Counted from the stretch's first letter, positions 22,863 to 34,098 are shown. The stretch is 55,402 bases of DNA from a virus (IMGVR_UViG_3300045988_154458:1-55402); one strand, 5' to 3'. Numbers and translations are program-made. The notes: generated by a model from the letters alone, not told the origin.

Positions 22863-25800
22863 ATGAATGGTGCAGATGCAACTATGGATACTTTACAAAT
22901 AAATATAGAAAGCGCAGCAAAGGACTCATCAAAACAGGTGGATGATTTAATCACTAAACTTAAAAATTTAAATACAGCACTTATGGATGTTGTGAAATCA
23001 TCAAGTAACATAAGTAAATTGAAACAAAATGTATCTGGAATAAAAAATAAAACAGCTACAAAAACACCTCAAATAAAGGGTTTTGCTGCTACTGACAAGA
23101 ATATAAAAAATGAAATATCATCAAAATTAGATACCGTGGGTATAAAAAGTTTAAACGGATATAAAATAGCAGCTGAAAATGTATCTTCGGCTTTCGATGG
23201 TATGACTACCTCTATTACCACTTATAAAAATAAAGTAGGTAATACAGTTACAGTTACACAAAAATTAAAAGATGGCATTGCTCAAGTTGGCGTAACAACG
23301 AATAATACAAATAAACGTACAAGTCAATTTCAAACAAAACTAACTGAATTAACTAAAAAAATTTCACTTTATAAATTAGCCATAACTGGTGTAATTACAA
23401 GCCTTATTGTTACTGGCAAAAAAATAGGTAGTTTAGTAGATAATGCATCAAATTACAATGAATCGTTTAATATGTTTATGGTTACAATGGGTGATTATGG
23501 CAAAAAAGGTTTATCATGGATTGAAAAGTTCAGTAATGCTTTATACTTAGATCCGTCGAATGTAATGCAATACATGGGATCATTTAATTCTTTGATAAAA
23601 GGATTAGGAACCGGCAGTGATAAAGCATATCTTATGAGTAAAAATTTAACTCAATTAACATATGATTTAGCATCATTTAAGAATTTATCTTTTGAAGAAT
23701 CTTATCAAAAATTATCAAGCGCTATTTCAGGAGAATTGGAACCTTTGAGAAATGTAGGTGTTGCATTATCACAAAACACATTACAACAAACTGCATATTC
23801 ACTGGGAATAAAAACAAGTATCAATGATATGACAGAGGCTCAAAAAGCTCAATTGCGCTATATTCAAATAATGAAGTCATCATCTGAATGGCAAACAGAT
23901 ATGGGTCGTACGTTAATACAACCTGCAAATGCGTTACGCGTTGTGAAAGAACAATTTAGTTTATTAGGACAAGCTATTGGTAGAGTCTTTTTACCAATTG
24001 TTATGAAAACAATACCATATGTTATGGTTATTACAGAAGAATTGTCAAAATTAGCCAACCGATTAGCTACATTATTAGGTTTTAAAATAGATTTTTCAAC
24101 AACAAAATCAAATTTAAGCAATATATCAACAGGCATAACTAATATCGGTGATTCAGCAGAAGACACTAAAAATAAATTAAATACTATGTTAGCACCATTC
24201 GATGAATTAAATGTGGTTCAATCACAGACACAATCTGCTAGTAAAGGATTAGGAACCGGAGCCGATGATTTAGGTGTTGATTTACCAGAATACGATGCTT
24301 TAGCAGGATTGACAAAACAATTCAGTGACAATATAGACAATGCTAGAAAAAATCTTAAAAAAATAATACCTGTTGTTGTCGCATTGGGGGCTGCATTCGG
24401 TTTATTAAAAGTAGGGAAAAGTGTACTTAGTTTTTTCAGTTTATTAGGTGGTGGATCTGCTAAAGCAGGTTTAAAAACAACAACTTCTCTTGTTGGCACA
24501 TTAGCTGGTAAACTAGGTATGAGTGCTGGAGGTTTAGGTGGCATCATTTTAGCTACTGCAGCAGCAATGGGTGTAGGTGCATATACTGGTGTGAAATTTA
24601 ATAAGATGTTATCAGATGCCGCTAGTGGAAATAAATCATTAACAGAAAGTTTTAATGAATTAAATGGCGTACAAAAAGGTTTATTCATTTATACAGCTAG
24701 CAATCCATTAAGTGGTATAACAGCTGGTACTATCGCGTTAAGTGGTGTGATAAAAGAGTTAAATACAAAAATAAATAGAACAGTTGATGATTTCGATAAA
24801 GGTGTTTCTAAATCAAGTCAAAAAAAATTAACACCTATAATAGATGATATAAAATCACTTGACAAAGCTATAGATACTGTATCTTTTAAAGGAAAATTTG
24901 TGACAGATGCCGATGTAGAAGATGTGAATACAAAGATATCAAATATTAAAAACACAATCGTCACACAATTAGATACTAGTAAAAATAAAGAATTATCAAA
25001 TTTAAAAACATTAGAAAAAACTCTCGGTACAGACAAATACCAAGCATTAGTAGATAAAACTTCTAAATTTTACGATGATCAAAGTTCAAAAGTTCAAGAA
25101 GGATATGATAGAATAAACGAGATTATTGCAACAGCACATTCGGAAAATAGGGAACTTACGGAAAAAGAAATGTCAGAAATAAATACTATACGTAGAACAA
25201 ATAATGATATCGCAATAAGTGACGCAACAAGTAATACAGATGAATACGAACGTGTTATGGCACGTCTAAAGCATAATGTGGGTGCATTAACACTGGAAAC
25301 AGCATCAGAAACTATTAAAAATGCAAAAAAAACAAAAGATAGTACTATAAAAGACGCCGAAGAACAATATACACAGATATTAGCACAAGCTGATAAATTA
25401 GCCGAAGCTGGCGCGATAAACGACGATGAATATCAAGCTATGGTAAACGCTGCCAAAAAAACATATAATGAAACTGTTGATACCGCTAACAAACAATACG
25501 ATGATATTAAAAAAACTACTAAAACAAAATTAGGTGAAAATGCAAAATATATTGATGACAATTCAGGTGAAGTTTTGACAACATGGCAATACCAGAAAAA
25601 AAGAGCAGGAGAAATATTTAGTAATATTGGTAAAAAGATAAGTAATACTTTTTCAGATATGGGTAAAAATATGAAAAAGGCGGCAGGAAAAGTTGGAGAA
25701 ACACTAGATGACTTAAAAAATAAATTTAATAATTGGAAGGCCAAATTAAAGACACCCCATATAAAATGGGATAGCGATGGTTGGCAAGCTACAGGTACGT

Positions 25801-26141
25801 TGCAAAAAGTTTTAAGTACCTTACATTTACCAACTACGTTACCAAAATTAAATGTTGACTGGTATGAAGCAGGAGGTTATCCAACCACAGGAGAACTATT
25901 CTTCGCAAGAGAAAATGGCCCAGAATATGTTGGGTCAATAGGTAATAAAACAGCAGTTGCAAATAACGATCAAATAACAACATCAATTACAAATGCATTA
26001 ATCCAAGCGTTAGATCAATATGATTTCGGAAATAATCAACCTACAAAAAATGTAATTTATATTGGTAACAAAAAAGTATTTGAAGGTTATGGTGAATATG
26101 TGGATTCTGAAAACGATCGTTATGGAGTGTTAAAAGTATAA
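22863..26141 (+). CDS. Tape measure protein
   Basis: 1092 aa. Coiled-coil with a central Gly/Ala-rich hydrophobic segment (GGLGGIILATAAAMGVGAY). Position is consistent. Confidence 0.9.
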   Translation: MNGADATMDTLQINIESAAKDSSKQVDDLITKLKNLNTALMDVVKSSSNISKLKQNVSGIKNKTATKTPQIKGFAATDKNIKNEISSKLDTVGIKSLNGYKIAAENVSSAFDGMTTSITTYKNKVGNTVTVTQKLKDGIAQVGVTTNNTNKRTSQFQTKLTELTKKISLYKLAITGVITSLIVTGKKIGSLVDNASNYNESFNMFMVTMGDYGKKGLSWIEKFSNALYLDPSNVMQYMGSFNSLIKGLGTGSDKAYLMSKNLTQLTYDLASFKNLSFEESYQKLSSAISGELEPLRNVGVALSQNTLQQTAYSLGIKTSINDMTEAQKAQLRYIQIMKSSSEWQTDMGRTLIQPANALRVVKEQFSLLGQAIGRVFLPIVMKTIPYVMVITEELSKLANRLATLLGFKIDFSTTKSNLSNISTGITNIGDSAEDTKNKLNTMLAPFDELNVVQSQTQSASKGLGTGADDLGVDLPEYDALAGLTKQFSDNIDNARKNLKKIIPVVVALGAAFGLLKVGKSVLSFFSLLGGGSAKAGLKTTTSLVGTLAGKLGMSAGGLGGIILATAAAMGVGAYTGVKFNKMLSDAASGNKSLTESFNELNGVQKGLFIYTASNPLSGITAGTIALSGVIKELNTKINRTVDDFDKGVSKSSQKKLTPIIDDIKSLDKAIDTVSFKGKFVTDADVEDVNTKISNIKNTIVTQLDTSKNKELSNLKTLEKTLGTDKYQALVDKTSKFYDDQSSKVQEGYDRINEIIATAHSENRELTEKEMSEINTIRRTNNDIAISDATSNTDEYERVMARLKHNVGALTLETASETIKNAKKTKDSTIKDAEEQYTQILAQADKLAEAGAINDDEYQAMVNAAKKTYNETVDTANKQYDDIKKTTKTKLGENAKYIDDNSGEVLTTWQYQKKRAGEIFSNIGKKISNTFSDMGKNMKKAAGKVGETLDDLKNKFNNWKAKLKTPHIKWDSDGWQATGTLQKVLSTLHLPTTLPKLNVDWYEAGGYPTTGELFFARENGPEYVGSIGNKTAVANNDQITTSITNALIQALDQYDFGNNQPTKNVIYIGNKKVFEGYGEYVDSENDRYGVLKV

Positions 26142-26150
26142 GGAGGAAAT

Positions 26151-26552
26151 ATGAGCAATTTTAAAGGATATTATATGAAGTGTAATGGATGTACATTCCA
26201 AAACCCAAGTTTTAAAAGAAAAGGTTTTAAATATGCTCCTAAATTAGTACAAGTAGCTGATGCTACTACTACTGCAAGCGGTAAGCTAACAATAAAAGTA
26301 TTACCACATACTCGTAGTAAAATATGGTGTTCATTTCCTCCAATGACTCCAGAAAAATTTCAGGTTTATTATGATGCTTTAAAATTAGATGAAGCTGGAG
26401 AAACAATGTATTTGACAATCGAAACTTATAACGATGGCAAAGATAGGTATGAAACTGATACATATTACCACACAGATATTTCATATGCACCTGTGATTTA
26501 TGAAGGACGTAGAATGATTGAAATAGACGATTTCGAATTGATAGGGCATTAG
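26151..26552 (+). CDS. Distal-tail-protein-position protein
   Basis: 133 aa, directly after the tape-measure gene. Synteny only. Confidence 0.4.
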   Translation: MSNFKGYYMKCNGCTFQNPSFKRKGFKYAPKLVQVADATTTASGKLTIKVLPHTRSKIWCSFPPMTPEKFQVYYDALKLDEAGETMYLTIETYNDGKDRYETDTYYHTDISYAPVIYEGRRMIEIDDFELIGH

Positions 26553-26564
26553 GAGTGATAATAT

Positions 26565-29102
26565 ATGACTGACACTGAAAAAGAAGCATTAATAAACAAT
26601 ACTGCAACAATACCTTTTCGTATTAAAATAGTAGATAGCGATGTTATGATTACAGAAGATAGTATATCCGATGCAACATATGAAGATTTTCGATATGTTG
26701 ATACTGCAACGATATGTATTGGTCAATTTGTTGCTAGAACTTTTTCATGTGAATTGAAAGACATAAATAAATTATTTGAAATTGAAAACAAAGAAATTTC
26801 TATAGATATGGGTATTAAAATCGGTAACACAACAACTTGGCATTCGTTAGGTAATTTTTTAATCACCAAACCTACCAACGACGATGTAAAAGAAAAAACA
26901 TCATTTGAAAGTATGGATTATACTAAAAAATTTAATAAAGTGTTTGATGACACCGATTTAACATATCCTTGTACAGCTCAAGAATTAGCACAATATTGTT
27001 GTAATAAATGTGGTGTAGAACTAGCTACAACAAATTTTACGAATAATGATTTTATTATTGAAAATAATCAATATGATAGTGATGATACATATAGAAAAGT
27101 CATGCAAGATATTGGAAAATTAGCTTATTCTTGGATAAGAATTGGTTGGGATAATAAATGTTATATAGATTTTTCAATAGATAATGATGATATTGACCAA
27201 TATAACAAAATTTCACCAGATAATTATTATGATTTATCATTACAAAAAGAAAAATTTGGTCCAGTCAATAGAGTTGTTATTGGATTAAGTAATGTAGAAG
27301 GTGAAAATGTATATGTTGAAGATTCTAATAGTATAATTCAACACGGTGTAACAGAACTTCAAATAACAGACAACAATTTGACATATACTCCAGAATTACG
27401 AGAACAAGTTATAGAAGGTGCAAAAAAATTATTCGGATTAGAATATATACCAATTGAGTCTACTACCACAGGGCATCCTTGGTTATTAGGAAACAAAAGA
27501 ATACAATACAAAGGACTAGATAATAAATTGTATATAACTTATCCATGGGATAGAACTATTTCATATAATGGCCATATCAAAAGTAAATTAAGTAGTAAAG
27601 CTGATACAAAAGTCGAAACAGAATATAAAAATGAAGTTGGTGTTGCATCACAATTAAAAAAGACTAGAATTATTGTCGATAAACAAAATCAAGTTATTAG
27701 TGCTTTAGCAGAAAAAATTGTTGATATTAGTTCTACTGTTGCAAATAACAATAGCGTTACAATCAAAAATGCAGCTAATACACAACCATATAATATTACA
27801 TTAACGGGCAATATAGAGTATCCCATAGTAAATAACGCGCAATTAGGAACCACAGGAATATTATGTGGTATGGTTAAAAGTGGAGTAACATATAGTAGGG
27901 CACATAAAGAATATAGTAAATCATATATTGTTGGTGAATTTAAAGTAAACTCACCTATCTTAAAAATATATAAAAACGATGAACTTATATCCGAATATAC
28001 ATTACCATTCAATCATCTTTATAAAATTGGCGCAGTAATGGACGAATTTCAAATCATCAATAGTGTATGTAAGTTTATACAACGAATAGGAATAACAAAC
28101 AATGGTGTAAAATATATACTAAAAAAGCCAAGAGAATATGAATTAGGAACAATAGATGTGTTATTACCAGAAGGTGATTCTAAGATGGTATTTGATGGTT
28201 TACATATTTCTGTTACGTATTTAAACAAAAATGATTATACAGAAAAATTTGCCACTAAAGTTGATGTAAAAAACGAAATAAAAGTAGCAAGTGATGAAAT
28301 TTTAATACAAAGTAAATCAGAAATATTGGATAATGGTGACGCACTGATAGCTAGTATAAATACAACATCAACTGGTAATGTTAAAATAAAAGCAAGTGAT
28401 ACAATAGCATTAGAAGGTACTACAACAGTTGGTGATAAAATAAAATTCAATTTAGATGGTTCAGTAACCGCTCAAGATTTGCGATTATTAGATGGTGGTA
28501 GAGTAATCGGTGGCGATGGACTACTAACTAATTTACAGTTTATATCTACAGGCGAATTAGATAGTGGCTTTACGTTCCTTGGTTTTAAAGAAATAGATTA
28601 TTATTCACAATACGGTTATGCAGATTGCATTGTTGACGCATTTATTCCAGACAATTTTACAATAACAAATGCTTATATAACAATATATATCAGTTCAGAA
28701 GACGTATTTAATGTTGAAAATGTATCTGTTGGTAATGGTTATCCAAAACAATTAAAATTATATAAAGGCAGTGGAAATGAAATAACTAATTATTATGTCG
28801 CACCTAGTTCAGGTATTTTACAACATTACGATCCGTTGTCAGGAGAAGAAATAGTAAACGCAATTAATAATCAAGCTACATATACGCCCACAACATCGCC
28901 AGGTCATATAACGACAGTAAAAACAATTAATTTAAAAGATAACTTATCGTCTGGACGAAATGTATTTATATTACGAACAACATTGCCTCGCCCAGAATCA
29001 CCGCAGTCAACAAATAATTCAACTCAACCATATTTAGATACAGGCATTGGCAAAATGGTATTGGACATATTAGGATATATGAGCGTAAAGGAGAGTGATT
29101 AA
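26565..29102 (+). CDS. Tail-associated / baseplate hub protein (Tal-like, prophage-tail family)
   Basis: 845 aa, second gene after the tape-measure gene. Confidence 0.6.
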   Translation: MTDTEKEALINNTATIPFRIKIVDSDVMITEDSISDATYEDFRYVDTATICIGQFVARTFSCELKDINKLFEIENKEISIDMGIKIGNTTTWHSLGNFLITKPTNDDVKEKTSFESMDYTKKFNKVFDDTDLTYPCTAQELAQYCCNKCGVELATTNFTNNDFIIENNQYDSDDTYRKVMQDIGKLAYSWIRIGWDNKCYIDFSIDNDDIDQYNKISPDNYYDLSLQKEKFGPVNRVVIGLSNVEGENVYVEDSNSIIQHGVTELQITDNNLTYTPELREQVIEGAKKLFGLEYIPIESTTTGHPWLLGNKRIQYKGLDNKLYITYPWDRTISYNGHIKSKLSSKADTKVETEYKNEVGVASQLKKTRIIVDKQNQVISALAEKIVDISSTVANNNSVTIKNAANTQPYNITLTGNIEYPIVNNAQLGTTGILCGMVKSGVTYSRAHKEYSKSYIVGEFKVNSPILKIYKNDELISEYTLPFNHLYKIGAVMDEFQIINSVCKFIQRIGITNNGVKYILKKPREYELGTIDVLLPEGDSKMVFDGLHISVTYLNKNDYTEKFATKVDVKNEIKVASDEILIQSKSEILDNGDALIASINTTSTGNVKIKASDTIALEGTTTVGDKIKFNLDGSVTAQDLRLLDGGRVIGGDGLLTNLQFISTGELDSGFTFLGFKEIDYYSQYGYADCIVDAFIPDNFTITNAYITIYISSEDVFNVENVSVGNGYPKQLKLYKGSGNEITNYYVAPSSGILQHYDPLSGEEIVNAINNQATYTPTTSPGHITTVKTINLKDNLSSGRNVFILRTTLPRPESPQSTNNSTQPYLDTGIGKMVLDILGYMSVKESD

Positions 29103-29107
29103 TTATT

Positions 29108-29269
29108 ATGAAATTATTAAAATTCCCAAAAAATTTATCAGATAAATTAAAATTACAACAAACAATAATTACTATAAATGAATTGTTATTAGAATTATAT
29201 AAACAAAATATCATTAATTTGGAAGATTCTGAAAAATATGATATAATAAAAAGAGAGGATGATAAATAA
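29108..29269 (+). CDS. Small hypothetical protein (53 aa)
   Basis: Hand translation MKLLKFPKNLSDKLKLQQTIITINELLLELYKQNIINLEDSEKYDIIKREDDK. TAATG overlap with the next gene. Confidence 0.4.
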   Translation: MKLLKFPKNLSDKLKLQQTIITINELLLELYKQNIINLEDSEKYDIIKREDDK

Positions 29270-29769
29270 TGGATAAAATAACTTTCCAAGACGCTACCTT
29301 GAAGACACAAGGATATGTGACAATTAATGGTACGAATTATGAAATAATTGATAGTGTGTATGAAAACGGAACAGAATTAAATGCTGCTATTTTTAATACA
29401 TTACAAAATAATATAGAAACAGCAATCAATAAAGTAGATGCAAAATCAATATCTTATGTAACATCCGCACAATTGTCAGAAGGTGTTACACCTACAGAAG
29501 ATTGTTATATAGAACTTTTTGCATCGGCTTCTGGTTGGGGAACTGGTGGTGCGAAAATAGAATTTACTATAAATAATACAGAAGGTAATGCGGAATTAAT
29601 AAATAGTATAACAAATGGCACACAAGGTCATGATAACGTACCCGATGGGTTGTTTACAATGTCAGTATATAAGTTATTAAAAAATACGACATACAAATTT
29701 CTCGCAAGTGAATTAAGTGGTGGGACGATATATAGTGGTATGATTGGTAAAATAATACCATTTATTTAA
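29269..29769 (+). CDS. Tail fibre / baseplate-associated protein
   Basis: 166 aa. The N-terminal motif ...ELNAAIFNTLQNNIETAI is typical of Gram-positive phage fibre N-termini. Confidence 0.5.
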   Translation: MDKITFQDATLKTQGYVTINGTNYEIIDSVYENGTELNAAIFNTLQNNIETAINKVDAKSISYVTSAQLSEGVTPTEDCYIELFASASGWGTGGAKIEFTINNTEGNAELINSITNGTQGHDNVPDGLFTMSVYKLLKNTTYKFLASELSGGTIYSGMIGKIIPFI

Positions 29770-29780
29770 AGGAGGATTAT

Positions 29781-30326
29781 ATGGCTTATCAAAAACAAAT
29801 ATGGGAAGACGGAAAAACGATTGTGTCCGCAGATAGAATGACTAATATCGAAGATGGAATTACGAATAATGACACACGTATAACCAACCTAACATCCGCT
29901 GTTAATGAAACAAATACAAACATTGGTACATTAAATAATTTACAAACCGAAAATAAAACCAACATAGTATCCGCTGTTAATGAAATTATACCAAAATCAC
30001 ATATAACAAAAAACGACATAGTTTCATTTACACCACTTGTCGGTACTGCATATAATTTCTACGGTAATTGTTATTATTATAGAATAAATAATAAAGTTCA
30101 TATACATTTAGGTCTTAGTAATTTAACATCGAATAAAAGTAATGCAGTATTTAAAACGCCTAGTAACTTAAAACCATTTAGTATAATGTCAGGTATAGGT
30201 ACAGCATCGAGTCAGTCGTCAACAGCAACAATAAACTTATATCCCGATGGCACATGTTATGTGTATCCTATTAATGATACATATTGTTTGATAGATATAG
30301 AATACGATGTATATGTCGCAGAATAA
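29781..30326 (+). CDS. Tail fibre protein
   Basis: 181 aa. The N-terminus W.DG..V.A..M.NIEDGI is typical of fibre proteins. An internal repeat SAVNE occurs twice (17-nt DNA repeat at 29887 and 29961). Confidence 0.55.
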   Translation: MAYQKQIWEDGKTIVSADRMTNIEDGITNNDTRITNLTSAVNETNTNIGTLNNLQTENKTNIVSAVNEIIPKSHITKNDIVSFTPLVGTAYNFYGNCYYYRINNKVHIHLGLSNLTSNKSNAVFKTPSNLKPFSIMSGIGTASSQSSTATINLYPDGTCYVYPINDTYCLIDIEYDVYVAE

Positions 30327-30346
30327 ATAGGAAGGAGTGACAAAAT

Positions 30347-32593
30347 ATGAAGAAAATCACTATAGATGATGATTGTCGTCATTTATCACAATCACATATA
30401 ACAGTAGGATATATCGGTGAGAATAAAACTGAACAAATTGAATTCAAAATTCCAGAAAAATATAAAAACTATGGTAAAAAAATTTGTTTTGAAGCAAATG
30501 GGAAAACATTTCAAAAATTGTTTGACAATGTTACTGATAATACTGTGACATTCACTAGAGATATGACTAAATATGATGAATTATACGCGACAGTTGTATT
30601 TTTTAAAACAAATGATGATGATGAAATAGTAGCTAAAACTTCTTTATTACATATATTAATTGAGGGTGCTGTAAATTGTCCTGATGATGTATCACCAGAT
30701 GATCCTAAAGTTATTATATTAGATAAATTGATAAATGATGTAACAAATCTTAATAACGAAATTACACTGTCTGAAAAGGAAAGAACAAATAACGAATCAC
30801 AACGAATTGAAAACGAAAATCATCGTATCGCAAATGAAACACAGCGTGAAGAGTATATGGAAAACTTAAAATCTAGCGTTGAAAATGGAGATTTTAATGG
30901 AAAAGATGCAACAATTAATGGATTTAATACATTGAATATCGTTGCTGGAACAAATATTGATTTAAAACAAAAAAATGAAACGCTTGAAATAAATAACACG
31001 TATCAATATAATGATAGTGATTTAGTAAAGAAAATAGACGATATTAATAATAATCTTAAAAATTATTCACTAATAACTGAAACTGGTAATAAATTGGATT
31101 TAACAATAGATAGTAAGACATATATAATGACTTTAAAATTGAAAGATAAAGATGATAATGTACTATCGACAGGAAGCGTTGATTTACCAATTGAATCAAT
31201 GATAATCAATGTTACATATAACAACGATAATGAGAAACTAACATTTACATTGCAAAATGGTAGTGTCATAGATGTACCGTTAGACAGTTTAATAAGTGGT
31301 TTGGTTAATGAAACTGACTTAAAAAACATCCTAAAAGATTATGCAAAAACAACTGACGTACCTACGAAAGTGAGTGAATTAGCGAACGATAGCAATTATG
31401 TTAAAAATACTGATTATGCAGAAGAAAATAAAGCTGGAGTAATTAAAACTAATATTCCTTTTTATGCCACTGCAGTAACATCTGACGGAATCTTATATGC
31501 TACACCAAGAACACTAGAACAATATGCAGCACTAAATAATACTGGAATTATCTCAAAAGGTACTCTTGAAAATGTAATTGCTGGTAAGAATTTAGAAACA
31601 ACCAATAATAAGGTTAATTTTGTAAATGAAAATTCAACGGATACACAATATCCAAGTGCTAAATGTACTTATGAAATCAAAAATAATTTAGATAGGTTAA
31701 AAGATAATGTACTTGAGTTTGGAGAGGTAAGCGATACATATATTCACGTAGAAGATAGTTTTTTGAATGAATTAAAAGAACTTAGTGTCGATGGTGTTTG
31801 TGAACAACAAACAACCCCTTCGCCTGATTATCCACAAGAAATCAAAACAATAACAGATAGTTTGAGTGTGACTAGTAATAATGGAAAAGATGAAACAGAA
31901 GAAAATTATCTTGAAAGTGTCATAACTGCCAACCTTCCAGAAGGAGAATTTGTAGCCAAAATAGATGACACTTATAAAGATACATTAAAGGTAGTTTATA
32001 AAGAAGATAGAAAACATCATTTAATACTAAACAAGATTATTAGTAAGACTGTTTTAAATGGAACTCAACCAATTAGCTATTCAAAAGTGATTAATGACGA
32101 TAAATTTGTTGCACAATTTAATATAGGAACTGCTATCAAATCAAGTTCAACAATGATTTCTGATAAATTTATTTATATGTCTAATGGTTGGGCAAGTAAT
32201 TCAGAAAATATTTCCACTGGTGGTTCAAATAACAACCTATTGCAAATGAAGATATTACAATCAAGACTTGAAGAAATTTCAAGTAATGGGCTAACAAATT
32301 GGCTATCAACACATCCTGTAGAAGTCTATTACGTTCTTAATACCCCATACGAAGTCGATTTAGGAATAGTAGATATGCCTTTATCTTACAGCGGAGTAAC
32401 CAACATATTTACTGATAGTGATTTATTACCAAAAATCAATGCTAAATATTATAAAGACTTTAAACTATCAATAGAAAATTATATCAATAATTATATAGAT
32501 AATAAGTTAAACAAATTACAACCAACTACAAATGATGTTCCAGCCGCAGATAATACACAATCAGATGAAAATCAGAATAGTGATTTGAGTTAG
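30347..32593 (+). CDS. Tail fibre / receptor-binding protein
   Basis: 748 aa. Coiled-coil segment ERTNNESQRIENENHRIANETQREEY. Last structural gene before the lysis cassette. Confidence 0.65.
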   Translation: MKKITIDDDCRHLSQSHITVGYIGENKTEQIEFKIPEKYKNYGKKICFEANGKTFQKLFDNVTDNTVTFTRDMTKYDELYATVVFFKTNDDDEIVAKTSLLHILIEGAVNCPDDVSPDDPKVIILDKLINDVTNLNNEITLSEKERTNNESQRIENENHRIANETQREEYMENLKSSVENGDFNGKDATINGFNTLNIVAGTNIDLKQKNETLEINNTYQYNDSDLVKKIDDINNNLKNYSLITETGNKLDLTIDSKTYIMTLKLKDKDDNVLSTGSVDLPIESMIINVTYNNDNEKLTFTLQNGSVIDVPLDSLISGLVNETDLKNILKDYAKTTDVPTKVSELANDSNYVKNTDYAEENKAGVIKTNIPFYATAVTSDGILYATPRTLEQYAALNNTGIISKGTLENVIAGKNLETTNNKVNFVNENSTDTQYPSAKCTYEIKNNLDRLKDNVLEFGEVSDTYIHVEDSFLNELKELSVDGVCEQQTTPSPDYPQEIKTITDSLSVTSNNGKDETEENYLESVITANLPEGEFVAKIDDTYKDTLKVVYKEDRKHHLILNKIISKTVLNGTQPISYSKVINDDKFVAQFNIGTAIKSSSTMISDKFIYMSNGWASNSENISTGGSNNNLLQMKILQSRLEEISSNGLTNWLSTHPVEVYYVLNTPYEVDLGIVDMPLSYSGVTNIFTDSDLLPKINAKYYKDFKLSIENYINNYIDNKLNKLQPTTNDVPAADNTQSDENQNSDLS

Positions 32594-32602
32594 GAGGTAA
32601 AC

Positions 32603-32911
32603 ATGGAAAATATAGTACAACTTGTTTTTAACTATGGCATTGGTTTTGTGATTGTAGGACTATTTATCTACGACTGGTTTACAAATAAAAAAGACATTAA
32701 AATGACACTGAAACAAAATGAAAAATGTCTCGGGGAAATATCCGTTTCAGGAAAAAATACAGAAAAAAGTTTAACACTACTACAGCAAAGTATGAATCTT
32801 GTTCAACAATCAATGGATGAACAGAAAGAAATGATGCTTATACATGATAAAAAAACTGAGCACACACAATTTATTGTGGAAGAAATAAAAAATAATTTAG
32901 AAAAGAGGTAA
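32603..32911 (+). CDS. BhlA/UviB-type holin-like protein
   Basis: 102 aa. N-terminal TM helix FNYGIGFVIVGLFIYDWF followed by a charged coiled coil. This topology and position resemble the BhlA/UviB family. Confidence 0.5.
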   Translation: MENIVQLVFNYGIGFVIVGLFIYDWFTNKKDIKMTLKQNEKCLGEISVSGKNTEKSLTLLQQSMNLVQQSMDEQKEMMLIHDKKTEHTQFIVEEIKNNLEKR

Positions 32912-32918
32912 ATAATTT

Positions 32919-33089
32919 ATGAAAAAAGCATGGGATGATTTAAAGAGTTTTGTAACAGTAATAATGACATTAGCAATGGTTGTGTTATTATTTATACCGT
33001 TTGAAGTTAACAAAGAGGTATTGATGCTATTTAGTACTTCTTACGGAGCAGTAATGACATACTTTTTTAATAAAAAGAAGGAGGTTTAG
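32919..33089 (+). CDS. Small two-TM holin candidate (56 aa)
   Basis: Hand translation MKKAWDDLKSFVTVIMTLAMVVLLFIPFEVNKEVLMLFSTSYGAVMTYFFNKKKEV. AGAGGTAAATAATTT precedes the ATG. Confidence 0.5.
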   Translation: MKKAWDDLKSFVTVIMTLAMVVLLFIPFEVNKEVLMLFSTSYGAVMTYFFNKKKEV

Positions 33090-33162
33090 TAGATATGGCA
33101 ACTACAGATAAAAGAACGGAAGAATCAGAAATCATTGGAATTGTAGAGGGAGATGAGTAGTT

Positions 33163-34098
33163 ATGATTAAAGATCAAAAGTCTATTCGTGGGGGTATAGA
33201 AGATTTTCTATGCCCATTTACAGATATGTATATAACACAGGGTTCAAATAGTAATTTTTCACACAAAGGAATAATGGCTAACGATGTTAGAGGTACTCAA
33301 GTTGGAATCAAATATCCTTACTATGCGCCTTGTACTTGTAAATGTTTAAAAACATATCCATTATCAGGACAAGTAATGTGGCAATCTTTAAATAAAGTTA
33401 GATTTGCAAATGGAAGAATAGATTATGCAACTTTTATGACGGTTCATGATAATACAATGGATGCTAAAATAGGACAAGTTGTCCCTCAAGGAAGCCAATT
33501 AGGTAATATGGGAACAAAAGGTAATGCCACAGGAGTTCATTGTCATATAGAAGTAAGTCAAAGTGCAGATACCAGGTGGACTAAAAACCAATATGGAGTA
33601 TGGCATTTTAATAATGAATATGATCTAGATGATTGTTATTTCGTTGATAATACCAATATATTAAATGGTATGGGAGGTAATTGGAGAACAACAGATAAAG
33701 TGCCAGTAAATAACCCACAGCCTCAAGGTGCGGACCAAATACTTTACAAAGGTAGTAAAGTAAAATTTAATGGAGTATTTAAAGTAGATATTCTAAAAAG
33801 TCCATTGTCGAGTAATTTGTTCGGTTGTTGTCAACTAACAGGTTGCTCTTATAATTCATATAAAGCCGAAAAAGTAAAATCTTATCACTGGTTACCAACA
33901 GGGCCATTTGTAGAATGCGATGTGAATGGAAACCCTACAAAAGATCAAGTCCTAAGTGGTAGTAATTCATATGTTAAGAATGATAGCATTTATACTGTGG
34001 AAGATATAGACATAAACAGTAATTCCGCGAAACTTATTATAGATGATAGAGTAGTATGGGTATTTAGTAAATATTTATATGAAGTTAGTAATAATTAA
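33163..34098 (+). CDS. Endolysin: M23 (LytM-type) peptidase with C-terminal SH3-like wall-binding region
   Basis: GNATGVHCHIEV fits the M23 signature G..TG.H.H.E. Follows the holin genes. 311 aa. Confidence 0.75.
   Translation: MIKDQKSIRGGIEDFLCPFTDMYITQGSNSNFSHKGIMANDVRGTQVGIKYPYYAPCTCKCLKTYPLSGQVMWQSLNKVRFANGRIDYATFMTVHDNTMDAKIGQVVPQGSQLGNMGTKGNATGVHCHIEVSQSADTRWTKNQYGVWHFNNEYDLDDCYFVDNTNILNGMGGNWRTTDKVPVNNPQPQGADQILYKGSKVKFNGVFKVDILKSPLSSNLFGCCQLTGCSYNSYKAEKVKSYHWLPTGPFVECDVNGNPTKDQVLSGSNSYVKNDSIYTVEDIDINSNSAKLIIDDRVVWVFSKYLYEVSNN

Noticed and set aside
23864-25744. Several minus-strand ORFs (23864..24166, 24218..24688, 24818..25036, 25433..25744) inside the tape measure gene
   Set aside because: They are antisense shadows of a 1092-aa gene. 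They contain Pro/Ala/Leu low-complexity runs mirroring the Gly/Ala-rich region of the tape measure protein, and none has a start context.
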